A stretch of DNA of 62,197 nt, counting the filler. It is 4 parts of 4 records of this genome, joined end to end, with 100 filler letters (N's around TTAATTAATTAA, not from the genome) between each part and the next. Parts side by side here need not be neighbours in the genome. Positions count along the whole stretch, not along the records: positions 1 to 25,806 come from DRR723986_7763; positions 25,907 to 40,049 come from DRR723986_7767; 2 more parts are not named here. The stretch is one strand, 5' to 3'. Numbering within the stretch: position 1 is the stretch's first letter; every line of letters starts with the position of its first letter. The notes beneath the pieces are model-generated. The model was not told the DNA's origin. It worked only from the letters and a program-made list of their open reading frames with translations, and did no database searches. The position numbers were made by a program, and so were the translations under genes. Shown here piece by piece: positions 20,646 through 31,161 of this stretch.

Positions 20646-21424
20646 AAGATCTGCAGTCGTTCACAGATATCACCCGCGTCAAAACCAGCTTTGCGCGCGG
20701 CTTGCCCAGCTATCACGATCACGCCCAAGCTCAGGCGCGCATTGCCCGAACCCTTGCGGATCATCTGCAGATCGCAAAATTGCAGGTCGAGTCGCAGAAT
20801 ACGTTTGAAACCGTTCTGGAATTTGGCTGTGGAACGGGGCACCTGACCCGACAGCTGTGCAATGCGTTCAACATTGAAACGCTGCATTTGAATGACTTGG
20901 TTCCAGACTGCGCGACCCTTGCCGCCCCTTTGGCGCAAAGCTTTGTCGCCGGGCCGATCCAAGAAATTGAGTTACCCCGGCACCTTGATCTGATCGCGTC
21001 GGCTTCGACCGTGCAATGGATCGAAGATCTTCCCGGTTTGATGCACCGTTTGACCGACCACTTGCGCCCCGGTGGCTGGTTGGCGTTATCGAGTTTTACC
21101 CCCGCCCATTTTCCTGAGCTGGCGACCTTGGGGTCGAGGTCAGCTGCACCGAGCTATGTCACCCCGACAGATTGGCAGGCGATGCTGCCAAGAGATATCG
21201 ATATACACCACTTGGCCGAGGCCAAAGACGTCATGCGATTTGCCAGCCCGCGAGACGTACTGCGCCACCTGCGCGCGACTGGCGTGAATGGCAAGGCCGA
21301 AGGCAGATGGACGCGCGCCCGGCTGGGCAAATTTGAAGATCGCTATACTGAAATGTTTGGCGATGGATCCACGGTTTCGTTGACCTATGCGCCGGTGTGG
21401 TTGGTCGCCCGAAAACGGGGTTAA
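20642..21424 (+). CDS. bioC: Malonyl-ACP O-methyltransferase
   Basis: SFARGLPSY, LEFGCGTG, VQW and HLRATGV motifs; operon context. Confidence 0.88.
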   Translation: MKDLQSFTDITRVKTSFARGLPSYHDHAQAQARIARTLADHLQIAKLQVESQNTFETVLEFGCGTGHLTRQLCNAFNIETLHLNDLVPDCATLAAPLAQSFVAGPIQEIELPRHLDLIASASTVQWIEDLPGLMHRLTDHLRPGGWLALSSFTPAHFPELATLGSRSAAPSYVTPTDWQAMLPRDIDIHHLAEAKDVMRFASPRDVLRHLRATGVNGKAEGRWTRARLGKFEDRYTEMFGDGSTVSLTYAPVWLVARKRG

Positions 21425-22032
21425 CCCAAGCGGGACAGGTGTTTACGCAGTACAGACACCGCCGTTTCAACGTCGCGGCGTGTGATTGCTGCCATGATCG
21501 CGCGATGATCTCGATCTGCGCGCGCCTCCCATCGGGTGCTATAGGTCGCCAACAGATGACGCGCCGCAAGCGTTTGCAGATCAGCAATTTCGGCCAGCAT
21601 TCTGGGCATGTCACAACCTGCCAGAATGGCCATGTGAAACCGACGGTTTTCATGTTCCCATGTGGCCAGATCCGTTGCTTCGTCACAGGCCAGTCGCGCC
21701 AGTTCCGCTTGTTGTTTTTGCACGGGCGACATGTGAGCAATGGAGTGGCTTAGCGCAACGGGTTCCAACGCCAATCGCATTTCGCGAATTTCCCGCATAT
21801 TGGCAGGATCAAACGGGGCCACACGGGTTCCACGGCGCGGCAGGCTGACAGCCAAGCCTTTGGCCTCGAGCCGCAACAGCGCCTCGCGCACCGGAACGTG
21901 GCTGGTCTTGAATTCTGTCGCGATATGGTCCTGACGCAGCTTTTCATCCGCGGCCAGATCACCGCGCACAATCTGATCTGTCAGGCTTTGGGTTATCTGA
22001 TCCGAAATGGTGGATTTGGCAGTTTGCGACAT
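21421..22032 (-). CDS. bioR: GntR-family biotin regulator BioR
   Basis: LRQDHIATEFKTSHVPVREA HTH; adjacent to a bio operon carrying BioR boxes. Confidence 0.8.
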   Translation of the reverse strand: MSQTAKSTISDQITQSLTDQIVRGDLAADEKLRQDHIATEFKTSHVPVREALLRLEAKGLAVSLPRRGTRVAPFDPANMREIREMRLALEPVALSHSIAHMSPVQKQQAELARLACDEATDLATWEHENRRFHMAILAGCDMPRMLAEIADLQTLAARHLLATYSTRWEARADRDHRAIMAAITRRDVETAVSVLRKHLSRLG

Positions 22033-22129
22033 GGGTTTTGATACGAAACCCTACGTGTGCAAACAAGTCTCTAACACCTGTTTGCCCTGTTTTTTCACGC
22101 AATCTTAGCAGGTCACACCCGCCAGTGAA

Positions 22130-22930
22130 TTACTGCGCCCACCGCGCCCAGCTTTCGGGGGAACCCCGGAACACATTGATATCGACAGGCCCGGTGATGC
22201 CCGGGACAATACCCGTGCCGGTGTATTGCCAGAACGCCCAAACCGACCTTGGATAGGTTTTGCGCGGGTGCGCGGCGACCGACCGCAGCCAGAAATCTGT
22301 GCCTTTCAATTTGCCTATGCCGGTGTCTCTGTAAAAATCGACTGTGGAATAGACCACCGGGCGACGCCCGTAATGATTTTCCAGAATCCTTAGGAACTTC
22401 TTGGCTTCGGCGCGCACGGTGGCGCCATCGGGACGCAGGGTGCAGGTTTTGGAATGCGGGGTCCATTCCATATCCAACACATGCGGCAAGGCCCGGTTAT
22501 CGCGCGGTACATTTTTGATGAACCATGCGGCTTGTTCCTCGGCGGGGCGACAGAAGTAGTAATAGTGATATGCTCCGTACCGCATCCCTGCGCGTTTGGC
22601 GCCGCTGAGGTGGGTTTTGAACATCGGGTCTAAGAAATCACCGCCTTCGGTGGCTTTGATAAAGGCAAAAGAAACCCCTGCGGCGCGGGCTGTGCGCCAA
22701 TCAATGTCACCTTGCCAGCGAGACACATCAATGCCGTGCACCGGGTAAGAATAGGGTGTTCGCCCCTCCCACGGGTGGGGATCGCTATCGCCGAATTTTG
22801 GATATGATATAACCTTTTCAGGGACATACGTCGGCACGGCCGCAATGGGTTCCGGTTCTGGCGCGCGCGATCTCCCACAACTGGAAACCATGGCCAAAGC
22901 CAACACTGCACACACCACAACACGCATCAT
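22130..22930 (-). CDS. GH25 lysozyme/muramidase, lipoprotein
   Basis: Lipobox [24 protein letters not shown] and WQYT motifs. Confidence 0.9.
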   Translation of the reverse strand: MMRVVVCAVLALAMVSSCGRSRAPEPEPIAAVPTYVPEKVISYPKFGDSDPHPWEGRTPYSYPVHGIDVSRWQGDIDWRTARAAGVSFAFIKATEGGDFLDPMFKTHLSGAKRAGMRYGAYHYYYFCRPAEEQAAWFIKNVPRDNRALPHVLDMEWTPHSKTCTLRPDGATVRAEAKKFLRILENHYGRRPVVYSTVDFYRDTGIGKLKGTDFWLRSVAAHPRKTYPRSVWAFWQYTGTGIVPGITGPVDINVFRGSPESWARWAQ

Positions 22931-23135
22931 AACAATCCAAAACCAATGTTCGCCTAATTCGGTTATCCCCTCATTTTGGGCCCGCGGCAACACAGGATCC
23001 CATGAAGGGGAATCGAGCACCCATTTTCCGCTTACGCAAACGCTTTCGCAGAGAAATCACCCCCTGAAACAATTGGCCTCTTGGTCCAAGCAGCGTTACA
23101 CAGGATATCCCACTTGCCGCCAAAAGGACGCCGCC

Positions 23136-25478
23136 TTGGACACTGCCAACCGCATTGCACGCACGATCGCCACTGAAATCAACGCTCGCCCCGATCAGGT
23201 TGGCGCTGCGGTCAAATTGCTGGATGAAGGGTCAACCGTTCCCTTTGTGGCCCGGTACCGGAAAGAGGCAACTGGCGGGCTGGATGACACACAACTGCGC
23301 ACCCTTTCGGATCGTTTGGTGTATCTGCGCGAGCTAGAGGCGCGCCGCCAAACCATTCTGGGCTCGATCAAGGATCAGGGCAAACTGACCGATGATCTGA
23401 GCAAATCCATTGCCAAGGCCGACACCAAGGCACAGCTCGAAGATATCTATCTGCCCTACAAACCCAAACGCCGGACCAAAGCGATGATTGCGCGGGAAAA
23501 TGGGTTGGAACCCTTGGCAGATGCCATTCTTGCGAATCGCATCGCAGACCCTGAAACACTGGCACAAGCCTATTTGACAGAGGCCGTCGCCACCACCAAA
23601 GACGCGCTGAATGGGGCGCGCGATATCATTACCGAAAAGCTGACTGAAAATGCCGGTCTGTTGGGGGAATTGCGATCGTTCATGCAGCGCGAGGCGCTTT
23701 TGACATCCAAGGTGATTGCGGGTCAGGAACAAAGTGGGGCCAAGTTTTCGGATTACTTCGACCATCAGGAATTGTGGTCCAAAGTACCCTCGCACCGGGC
23801 CTTGGCGATGCTTCGCGCGTCAAAAGAGGGTGTTGTGACACTGGATATCGCGCCGGACCCCGAAACTGGCAAAGACCGCGCCGAAGGGTTGGTCGCCAGC
23901 CATCTACACACACGCGGTACGGGTCCCGGTGATCAGTGGTTGCGCAAGGTTGCGGGCTGGACGTGGCGGGTCAAGCTGAGCCTGTCAATGATGGTTGAAT
24001 TGATGGCCGACCTGCGCACCCGGTCGCAGGATGAGGCGATCAATGTCTTTGCCCGCAATCTCAAGGATTTGTTGTTTGCCGCACCCGCTGGGCCGCGTGC
24101 CACATTGGGGTTGGATCCCGGCATTCGAACCGGGGTCAAAGTGGCCGTAGTGGATGCGACCGGGAAGCTGTTGGCGACCGACACGATTTATCCGTTTCAG
24201 CCCAAAAATGATCTGCGCGGGTCCGAAGCTTCGATCCTGCGGATGATCACACAGCATGGTGTTGATCTGATCGCGATTGGCAACGGAACCGGCAGTCGTG
24301 AAACCGAGCGGTTGGTCGCGGATACTCTGAAACTGCTCCCCAACTCTGTCAAAACCCCAACCAAAGTGGTGGTGTCCGAGGCCGGGGCCTCGGTCTATTC
24401 CGCGTCAGAACTGGCCGCGCGGGAGTTTCCTGATCTGGATGTGTCGTTGCGCGGGGCGGTTTCGATTGCGCGCCGGTTGCAGGATCCGTTGGCAGAGCTG
24501 GTAAAAATCGAACCGAAATCCATTGGCGTTGGTCAGTATCAACACGACGTCGATCAGCACCGTCTCGGCAAATCGCTGGAAGCGGTGATCGAAGATGTGG
24601 TGAATGCGGTCGGCGTGGATTTGAACATGGCCTCGGCCCCACTGTTGGCGCATGTCTCGGGGCTTGGCCCCGGATTGGCGGACTCGATCGTCAGCCACCG
24701 CGACGCGAACGGGGCGTTCAAATCCCGGCGTGAGTTGTTGAAAGTCGCCCGTTTGGGGCCACGTGCCTATGAGCAATGTGCTGGGTTCTTGCGGATTCGC
24801 GATGGCAAAGAACCGCTGGATGCTTCATCCGTCCATCCCGAGGCGTACAATGTCGCGCGCAAAATCGTCAGCGCCTGTGGCCGCGATATCCGCCAGATTA
24901 TGGGCGACGAAGGGGCGTTGAAATCTCTGCGCGCCGAGCAGTTTGTTGATGAGACCTTTGGTCTGCCGACCGTGCGCGATATCTTTGCGGAATTGGAAAA
25001 GCCCGGTCGCGATCCGCGCCCCAGCTTTGTGACCGCCAGCTTTGCCGATGGGGTTGAGGATATCAAAGACCTGAAACCCGGCATGGTGTTGGAAGGGACC
25101 GTGACCAACGTTGCGGCCTTTGGTGCCTTTGTTGACGTTGGTGTGCATCAAGATGGTCTGGTTCACGTCAGCCAACTGGCGGATCGGTTTGTCAAAGACC
25201 CGCATGAGGTGGTCAAGGCCGGTCAGGTGGTCAAGGTCACCATCACCGAGGTCGACGTGCCCCGCAAACGGATCGCGATGAGCATGCGCAAGGACGGCGG
25301 CGCCTCGGCGCGCGAAGATCGCAATGCCCGTGACGCTGGTCCGCGCAAAGGGGGCGGTCAAAGCAAAGGTGGGCGCGGTGGGTCCAAGGGACCGATGCGT
25401 GCCAGCCCCAAACCCAACCCCAAAGACAGCGGCGGGGCCTTGGGGGCCGCTTTGATGGATGCCTTTAAGAAATCCTAA
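23136..25478 (+). CDS. tex: Tex family transcription accessory protein (YqgF/HhH/S1 domains)
   Basis: [31 protein letters not shown] and S1 [15 protein letters not shown]; probable TTG start after AAGGA. Confidence 0.95.
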   Translation: MDTANRIARTIATEINARPDQVGAAVKLLDEGSTVPFVARYRKEATGGLDDTQLRTLSDRLVYLRELEARRQTILGSIKDQGKLTDDLSKSIAKADTKAQLEDIYLPYKPKRRTKAMIARENGLEPLADAILANRIADPETLAQAYLTEAVATTKDALNGARDIITEKLTENAGLLGELRSFMQREALLTSKVIAGQEQSGAKFSDYFDHQELWSKVPSHRALAMLRASKEGVVTLDIAPDPETGKDRAEGLVASHLHTRGTGPGDQWLRKVAGWTWRVKLSLSMMVELMADLRTRSQDEAINVFARNLKDLLFAAPAGPRATLGLDPGIRTGVKVAVVDATGKLLATDTIYPFQPKNDLRGSEASILRMITQHGVDLIAIGNGTGSRETERLVADTLKLLPNSVKTPTKVVVSEAGASVYSASELAAREFPDLDVSLRGAVSIARRLQDPLAELVKIEPKSIGVGQYQHDVDQHRLGKSLEAVIEDVVNAVGVDLNMASAPLLAHVSGLGPGLADSIVSHRDANGAFKSRRELLKVARLGPRAYEQCAGFLRIRDGKEPLDASSVHPEAYNVARKIVSACGRDIRQIMGDEGALKSLRAEQFVDETFGLPTVRDIFAELEKPGRDPRPSFVTASFADGVEDIKDLKPGMVLEGTVTNVAAFGAFVDVGVHQDGLVHVSQLADRFVKDPHEVVKAGQVVKVTITEVDVPRKRIAMSMRKDGGASAREDRNARDAGPRKGGGQSKGGRGGSKGPMRASPKPNPKDSGGALGAALMDAFKKS

Positions 25479-25495
25479 GCAACTACACTAGAACG

Positions 25496-25536
25496 AAAAA
25501 AGGCGCCCGAGGGACACTCGGGCGCCTTTTCTTTTT
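25496..25536. terminator. Bidirectional intrinsic terminator between tex and icd
   Basis: AAAAAAGGCGCCCGAG-ggaca-CTCGGGCGCCTTTTCTTTTT. Confidence 0.88.
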
Positions 25537-25550
25537 CTCAATCGAACAGC

Positions 25551-25806
25551 TTAGTCGATGATCGCGTTCAAGGTTGCGCTTGGGCGCATGACAATCGCTG
25601 CTTTGGCTGGGTCGGTGTGGAAATATCCACCCAGATCCGCAGGTTTACCCTGTGCCGCCGCAAGCTCACCCAAGATCGCGGCTTCGCCATCTGCCAGTGC
25701 TTTGGCCATTGGTGCGAAATGCGCCGCCAGATCTGCATCGTCGGACTGTGACGCCAAGGCTTCAGCCCAGTAGCGTGCGAACCAGTAGTGGCTGTCGCGG
25801 TTGTCG
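25551..25806 (-). CDS. icd: Monomeric NADP-dependent isocitrate dehydrogenase, C-terminal fragment
   Basis: [18 protein letters not shown]...DLGGY...MRPSATLN; truncated by the contig end. Confidence 0.88.
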
Positions 25807-25906
25807 NNNNNNNNNNNNNNNNNNNNNNNNNNNNNNNNNNNNNNNNNNNNTTAATTAATTAANNNNNNNNNNNNNNNNNNNNNNNNNNNNNNNNNNNNNN
25901 NNNNNN
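25807..25906. other. Artificial contig linker
   Basis: N-run, TTAATTAATTAA (stops in all six frames), N-run. Confidence 0.98.
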
Positions 25907-25907
25907 C

Positions 25908-25982
25908 CTGCGCAAAGGCGCGGCATTGAACGCTGTACAGATTGCTGAGTTGTTGGGTCGCGAAGTCCTGAAAAAGGGCTAA
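25908..25982 (+). CDS. asd: Aspartate-semialdehyde dehydrogenase, C-terminal fragment
   Basis: LRKGAALNAVQIAELL, the Asd C-terminal signature. Confidence 0.85.
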   Translation: MRKGAALNAVQIAELLGREVLKKG

Positions 25983-26006
25983 GCCTCGGCAACAATTGAC
26001 CAATTC

Positions 26007-26040
26007 CAAGGGCGTCCTCACGGGCGCCCTTGTTTTGTTT
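26007..26040 (+). terminator. Intrinsic terminator after asd
   Basis: CAAGGGCGTCC-tcac-GGGCGCCCTTG followed by TTTTGTTT. Confidence 0.8.
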
Positions 26041-26092
26041 GTGGACCGCTGCAAAGCTCGGGCTGTGTCATTAGTGATCAAAGCGAGCCCGC

Positions 26093-27730
26093 ATGCGTCT
26101 TCTTCTTTCCGTCTTTGCCCTTATCCCATCCCTTGCATGGGCAGATACAATCCCGGTGGAGAGCCGGGTATCAGATGTCACCCTGCACCCTTACAGTGCC
26201 GCGATCACGCGCACGTCCAGCCTTGATATCCCGGCTGGCGCGCATCGCCTTGTGTTGCTGGGTGTTCCGCGCGGCATCGTTCCAGAATCACTGCGTGTTG
26301 ATCTATTAGGCGCGGAACGCACCGGTCTGATCTATCGCGATACCTTTGTCCCGCCACGGGATTACAAATCAGACGCGGTTTTGGCAGCCGAGAGCAGGCT
26401 TCGGGCCATCAACGCACGCATTCAGGACCTGCATAACGCCGCTGCCAAGGCCCGGCTCGCTGCTGACGCGGCCAAAAGCACCATCAGATTTCTGGACAAG
26501 CTCGGCGAGAATGAAGGATTGGCACAGGCCGACCCGGATTCCCTGCGCACTCTGGCTCAACTGGTTGGACAAGAGGCCCTCGGCGCTGCGCAAATTGCAC
26601 ACACAGCTGAATTAGAGGCCCGCAGCATCGAACAGGGTCTCAAGCCCCTGCAACAGGAACGCCAAGAGGCACAGGAAGCGCTGCAAGCGATCGCGTTGGA
26701 AGACGAAAACCGACTCTACATTGCAATTGAGGCAACTGCTGCAACCGCCGGGACGGCCACAGTCACCCTGTCTTATCTCATCGAAGGAGCCAGCAATTGG
26801 GCGCCCGCTTACGATCTAATGCTTGAGACATCGGGCACGCCGACGCTGACCATTCAGCGGGATGCGATGATCGAACAATCCACTGGCGAAAACTGGACCG
26901 ACGTCACCCTGCATCTTTCAACAGTGGAGCCTATCGGGCAAATCGCGCCCTCTGAAATCCACACAAACCGGCTCCGCATTTCAGAACCAGCGCCACGGCC
27001 CGTTCCACTGCCCAGACAAAAGCAACGTGCCGAGGCTTATCTGAGCGATGCCCCGTTGGCTGAACCCGTGGTCGTTGATGGCGTTGCGCAAACTTGGCAG
27101 GTCGCTACATCCACGGTTGGCGTGACCTATACCTACGACCGCCCTGTCTCGATTGCATCAAATGCGGATGTCCTGCGGTTGGAACTCGACAGTTTAAACG
27201 AACCAGCCGAGGTTATGGCCTGGGCCGCCCCCTTGCGCGACAACACAGCATTCCGCATCGCCCGGATCACCAACACCACGGACGAGGAAATCCTCGCGAG
27301 CCCGTTCACCAGCCGATATGTGGACGGTGAACTGATCGGAAGCGACGCATTTGGTGGTTTGGTCGCAGGGGAACAGGCCGATATCGCCTTTGGTCCTATC
27401 GACGGGTTACAGCTGTCCCGCGATATTCTAGCCAGAAACGAAGGCGACACTGGAATCATCTCGCGATCCAACCAAAAGACGGAAACGGTCGAAATCAAAA
27501 TCGACAACCTAACCAAACAAGATTGGCCGCTACGCCTGTTGGACCGGGTTCCATACTCTGAACAAGAGGATTTGCAAATTTCGTGGACGGCCCGCCCAAT
27601 GCCAAGCGATCAGAACCTAGACAATCGTCGCGGCATTCTTGCTTGGGATATGAAGTTAAAGCCGGGTGATGTGCGAACAATTCACCTCGAAACCTCCCTA
27701 AACTGGCCCGAAGGCATGGTGCTGCGCTGA
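26093..27730 (+). CDS. DUF4140/DUF4139 exported protein (MuiA-like)
   Basis: Signal peptide, VTLHP, coiled coil, WAPAYD, QSTGENW and DRVPYSE motifs. Confidence 0.82.
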   Translation: MRLLLSVFALIPSLAWADTIPVESRVSDVTLHPYSAAITRTSSLDIPAGAHRLVLLGVPRGIVPESLRVDLLGAERTGLIYRDTFVPPRDYKSDAVLAAESRLRAINARIQDLHNAAAKARLAADAAKSTIRFLDKLGENEGLAQADPDSLRTLAQLVGQEALGAAQIAHTAELEARSIEQGLKPLQQERQEAQEALQAIALEDENRLYIAIEATAATAGTATVTLSYLIEGASNWAPAYDLMLETSGTPTLTIQRDAMIEQSTGENWTDVTLHLSTVEPIGQIAPSEIHTNRLRISEPAPRPVPLPRQKQRAEAYLSDAPLAEPVVVDGVAQTWQVATSTVGVTYTYDRPVSIASNADVLRLELDSLNEPAEVMAWAAPLRDNTAFRIARITNTTDEEILASPFTSRYVDGELIGSDAFGGLVAGEQADIAFGPIDGLQLSRDILARNEGDTGIISRSNQKTETVEIKIDNLTKQDWPLRLLDRVPYSEQEDLQISWTARPMPSDQNLDNRRGILAWDMKLKPGDVRTIHLETSLNWPEGMVLR

Positions 27731-27738
27731 AAATAGAA

Positions 27739-27762
27739 ATGGCGCCTAGATCCGGCGCCATT
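27739..27762. terminator. Hairpin between convergent genes
   Basis: AATGGCGCC-tagatcc-GGCGCCATT. Confidence 0.55.
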
Positions 27763-27787
27763 CTCAAATTTATGAAGTGAGACGAGC

Positions 27788-28438
27788 TCAGACCTTTTGG
27801 AATTTTTCGACCTTTGGGTCGTAACATTCCAACCCACCTTCGCCGATGTCTGTCCACAGGCCATGCAAGCTCATCGATCCCTCTTCTACCGCCGAAGCGA
27901 CAAAGGGGAACGTCATCAGATTCTCCAACGACGCCACAACAGCCTGACGCTCAAACTGTCGGGCCTGCACTTCGGGATCTTCGATATCGCGCACCAGCTC
28001 GAACTTTGGTTTCAGAATATCCATCCAACGGCCAACAAAGCTTTCTTTTGCTTCCAGCGTTGGGGCGTGCCCGTGGCACATATCGATGCATCCCTGAACA
28101 CCACCGCATTGCGAATGTCCAAGCACGATCAAATGTGAAACCTTTAGGACGGTCACCGCATATTCAATCGTCGCACTGGTGCCGTGATGATCCCCATCTG
28201 GCTGATAAGGTGGCACCAAATTAGCGATATTTCTATGAATAAAGAACTCGCCTTGATCAGCCCCAAAGATGGATGTCACATGCACCCGACTGTCACAGCA
28301 AGAGATGACCATAGCGCGCGGGCGCTGGCCCTCGGTGGCTAAACGTCGATACCACCCTTGGTTTTCCTTATACGCCGTGGCTTTCCAACCGTGATAGCGT
28401 TGCACCAGATAGCTGGGCAAAGGTCTGGCAAATTCCAT
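27788..28438 (-). CDS. Beta-class carbonic anhydrase
   Basis: CCDSR, RNIANLVP and GHSQCGG zinc ligands. Confidence 0.95.
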   Translation of the reverse strand: MEFARPLPSYLVQRYHGWKATAYKENQGWYRRLATEGQRPRAMVISCCDSRVHVTSIFGADQGEFFIHRNIANLVPPYQPDGDHHGTSATIEYAVTVLKVSHLIVLGHSQCGGVQGCIDMCHGHAPTLEAKESFVGRWMDILKPKFELVRDIEDPEVQARQFERQAVVASLENLMTFPFVASAVEEGSMSLHGLWTDIGEGGLECYDPKVEKFQKV

Positions 28439-28584
28439 TTATCAGTCCCTGATTTTGTCTCTCCCAGACCCTCACATACAAAGGATTGAGAGAAAATTCG
28501 AGCGATTATGCGCCAGATTGGCAACCTTTTGCAAACCACTCTGGCTTCAAGGTGCAAACGTGCCGTGGGGGTACGTAAATTGGG

Positions 28585-28974
28585 GTGACTGTGGTGAACA
28601 AGATATTCACACTTAATCAAACTGAATCCGTCCGTTTGGACTCTGAACGCCTTGGGGCGTTGTACAATCAACTTGGCGACACCGGTGCCGAAGACGTGGT
28701 CTGTCGCGCGATCGAAGAACTGGCCGTTCGGCTGTCGCATTGTGAACGGCTGTGGCGGCAACGCGAATGGCAGGACTTGCGCAAAAGTGCACGCTCTTTG
28801 ATCGCCATTTCCGAACAAATTGGCATGTCTGCTTTGGCCTCAGTTGCGAAAGAGGTGACCATAACGATCGACAACGAGGATCATGTGGCAACTGCCGCAA
28901 CATTATTCCGGTTGATCCGTGTCGGGGAACGGTCGTTAACGGCCGTCTGGGATTTGCAAGATTTATCGGTCTGA
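28585..28974 (+). CDS. Hypothetical protein, Hpt-like helical bundle without the canonical His
   Basis: LGALYNQLG...SARSLIAISEQIGMSAL resembles the Hpt AHxLKGxSxxIG pattern; start codon uncertain. Confidence 0.6.
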   Translation: MTVVNKIFTLNQTESVRLDSERLGALYNQLGDTGAEDVVCRAIEELAVRLSHCERLWRQREWQDLRKSARSLIAISEQIGMSALASVAKEVTITIDNEDHVATAATLFRLIRVGERSLTAVWDLQDLSV

Positions 28975-29044
28975 CAGGGGCTTGCGGGCGGCGAAGCGGT
29001 GGGTAATCTGACGACAGCCCGTCCTTTTTGAAAAGAGCCATCGC

Positions 29045-30427
29045 ATGACCCTGACCTTTGCCGCGCCGACACCAGACGCCATACCGCTCCACGTGGTCGA
29101 TCAATCCAACTGCGACGCATGGCTTGCCGATCAAGGGGAGCAGGTTTCCCAATGGGCAAACAGCAACGGATTTACCGGCGCTGCCGGACAAACAGTGTTG
29201 ATCCCCGGATCCGATGGATCGGTCGTAATGGCACTGGCCGGATTTGGCACAGCAGACACACGGGCGCGCAAACGGTTTGTTTTGGCCGCCGCAGCGGCGA
29301 ACCTGCCCAAAGGCGCCTACCATATTGCCTCGGGCCTGACCGGACACGCGCTAGAGGTTGAATGCTTTGGTTGGCTGATGACTGGTCACATGTTTGACCG
29401 TTATCGTACCCAATCGCCCAGCGCGGCCTTATTGGTCGCGCCCGAAGGCATTGATGCCGCACGGGTAGAGGTTCAAGCCAACGCCGAGGCGCTGATTCGC
29501 GATCTGATCAACACGCCCGCACAAGATATGGGACCGGACGCGTTGCAGCTGGCGACCGAAACCCTTGCTGCGGAATTTGGAGCAACCAGCAATACGGTCT
29601 TGGGCGACGACCTATTGTCTGAAAATTTCCCGATGATTCACGCAGTGGGACGCGCCGCTGAAAAAGCACCCCGCCTGATCGAATTGAACTGGGGCGCAGC
29701 TGGACCCAAGTTGACTCTGGTTGGTAAAGGTGTGTGTTTTGACACCGGCGGCTTGGATCTAAAACCAGCGGCGGGCATGTTGCTGATGAAAAAGGACATG
29801 GGTGGCTCTGCCAATGTTCTTGGGCTGGCCCGTATGATCATGGCGCTGAACCTGCCTTTGCAATTGCGTGTTCTGATCCCAGCAGTTGAGAATTCGGTGG
29901 CAGGCAATGCGTTCCGCCCCGGCGATATCCTGACATCTCGCAAGGGGTTGAGCGTCGAGGTCAACAACACAGATGCCGAGGGGCGATTGGTCTTGGCTGA
30001 TGCGCTGGCTCTTGCAGACGAAGACAATCCCGACCTCATCATCTCGATGGCAACATTGACCGGCGCGGCGCGGGTTGCAGTCGGCCCTGACCTTGCACCG
30101 TTTTACACGGATGACGAAAATCATGCCGTCGCTCTGTCCAAAGCAGCCCCAGAGGCCGCAGACCCTGTGTGGCGGTTGCCCTTCCACACGCCGTATGAGG
30201 CCATGATTGAACCCGCTTATGCCGATCTAGACAACGCCCCCAGTGGTGGGTTTGCCGGATCAATAACCGCTGCCCTGTTCCTGCGCCGGTTTGTGACCCA
30301 GACCCCTTACATGCATTTCGACATCTACGGCTGGCAACCTGTCGCCGCCTCTGCCCGTCCCAAAGGCGGTGTGGGTCAAGGGCCACGCGCCTTGCTCGCG
30401 GCACTGCCTGAAATGTTGAACCTGTAA
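29045..30427 (+). CDS. Leucyl aminopeptidase family (M17)
   Basis: VGKGVCFDTGG, MKKDMGG and NTDAEGRL motifs. Confidence 0.95.
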   Translation: MTLTFAAPTPDAIPLHVVDQSNCDAWLADQGEQVSQWANSNGFTGAAGQTVLIPGSDGSVVMALAGFGTADTRARKRFVLAAAAANLPKGAYHIASGLTGHALEVECFGWLMTGHMFDRYRTQSPSAALLVAPEGIDAARVEVQANAEALIRDLINTPAQDMGPDALQLATETLAAEFGATSNTVLGDDLLSENFPMIHAVGRAAEKAPRLIELNWGAAGPKLTLVGKGVCFDTGGLDLKPAAGMLLMKKDMGGSANVLGLARMIMALNLPLQLRVLIPAVENSVAGNAFRPGDILTSRKGLSVEVNNTDAEGRLVLADALALADEDNPDLIISMATLTGAARVAVGPDLAPFYTDDENHAVALSKAAPEAADPVWRLPFHTPYEAMIEPAYADLDNAPSGGFAGSITAALFLRRFVTQTPYMHFDIYGWQPVAASARPKGGVGQGPRALLAALPEMLNL

Positions 30428-31161
30428 TGCATCTCCAAATCCATCCTCCGGTCGTGGACCTGTTGCGTCGACCCGACGGACCCCGCGATCGCCAACTCTT
30501 GGCCGGTGACAGTGTTCAAGTCTTGGATACCAACGCTGGGTGGAGCCATGTCCGAGCGGACAAAGATACCTATGAAGGATTTGTGCGCTCAGAGGTTTTG
30601 AACGTACATAAAGAGCCAACCCACTGGGTCAGCACCTTGGCCACGCACGCCTATGCCCGACCAGACATGAAAAGCCCCGATCAATTGTCGCTCAGCTTTG
30701 GGTCCCGCGTTACCGCGTTATCCGCAAACGGAGACTTTGTTGATACAGAGCACGGGTATATCCCAAAGTCACATCTGTCGGAAATCGAAATTCTGTTCGC
30801 AGACCCCGTAGACGTTGCTGCCAAATTCCTTGGAACCCCGTATCTGTGGGGCGGAAACAGCCGCTTAGGATTGGATTGCTCTGGCTTGGTTCAAGCTGCT
30901 TTGCTGGCCTGTGGGCATGCTTGCCCCGGCGATAGTGGTGATCAGGAACAGATTGTTGGAACCCTATTAGCCCCCGGAACACAGCCTCAACGCGGGGATC
31001 TGATGTTTTGGAAAGGACATGTGGCTTGGGTCGCGGATACCGATACCTTGCTGCACGCCAACGCTTACCACATGGCAGTGCGGTACGAACCACTCGGCCC
31101 CGCCATTGACCGCATTCATAGCCAAGGTGACGGCCCAGTCACCGCACACAAACGGCTCTAG
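30427..31161 (+). CDS. NlpC/P60 (C40) peptidase with SH3-like N-terminus
   Basis: PYLWGG, DCSGLVQ, WKGHV and HANA catalytic motifs. Confidence 0.9.
   Translation: MHLQIHPPVVDLLRRPDGPRDRQLLAGDSVQVLDTNAGWSHVRADKDTYEGFVRSEVLNVHKEPTHWVSTLATHAYARPDMKSPDQLSLSFGSRVTALSANGDFVDTEHGYIPKSHLSEIEILFADPVDVAAKFLGTPYLWGGNSRLGLDCSGLVQAALLACGHACPGDSGDQEQIVGTLLAPGTQPQRGDLMFWKGHVAWVADTDTLLHANAYHMAVRYEPLGPAIDRIHSQGDGPVTAHKRL

Noticed and set aside
22130-22930. GH25 lysozyme as a prophage or GTA lysin
   Set aside because: It has a lipoprotein signal and housekeeping neighbours (tex, icd), with no phage genes nearby
25851-25862. TTAATTAATTAA repeated three times in the window (also near 40094 and 55980)
   Set aside because: It is an assembly linker inside N-runs, not a biological repeat or CtrA site; ORFs crossing it are artefacts
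28519-28533. Sigma-54-like TGGCA...TTGCA upstream of the Hpt-like gene
   Set aside because: GG-to-GC spacing is 9 nt rather than the required 10
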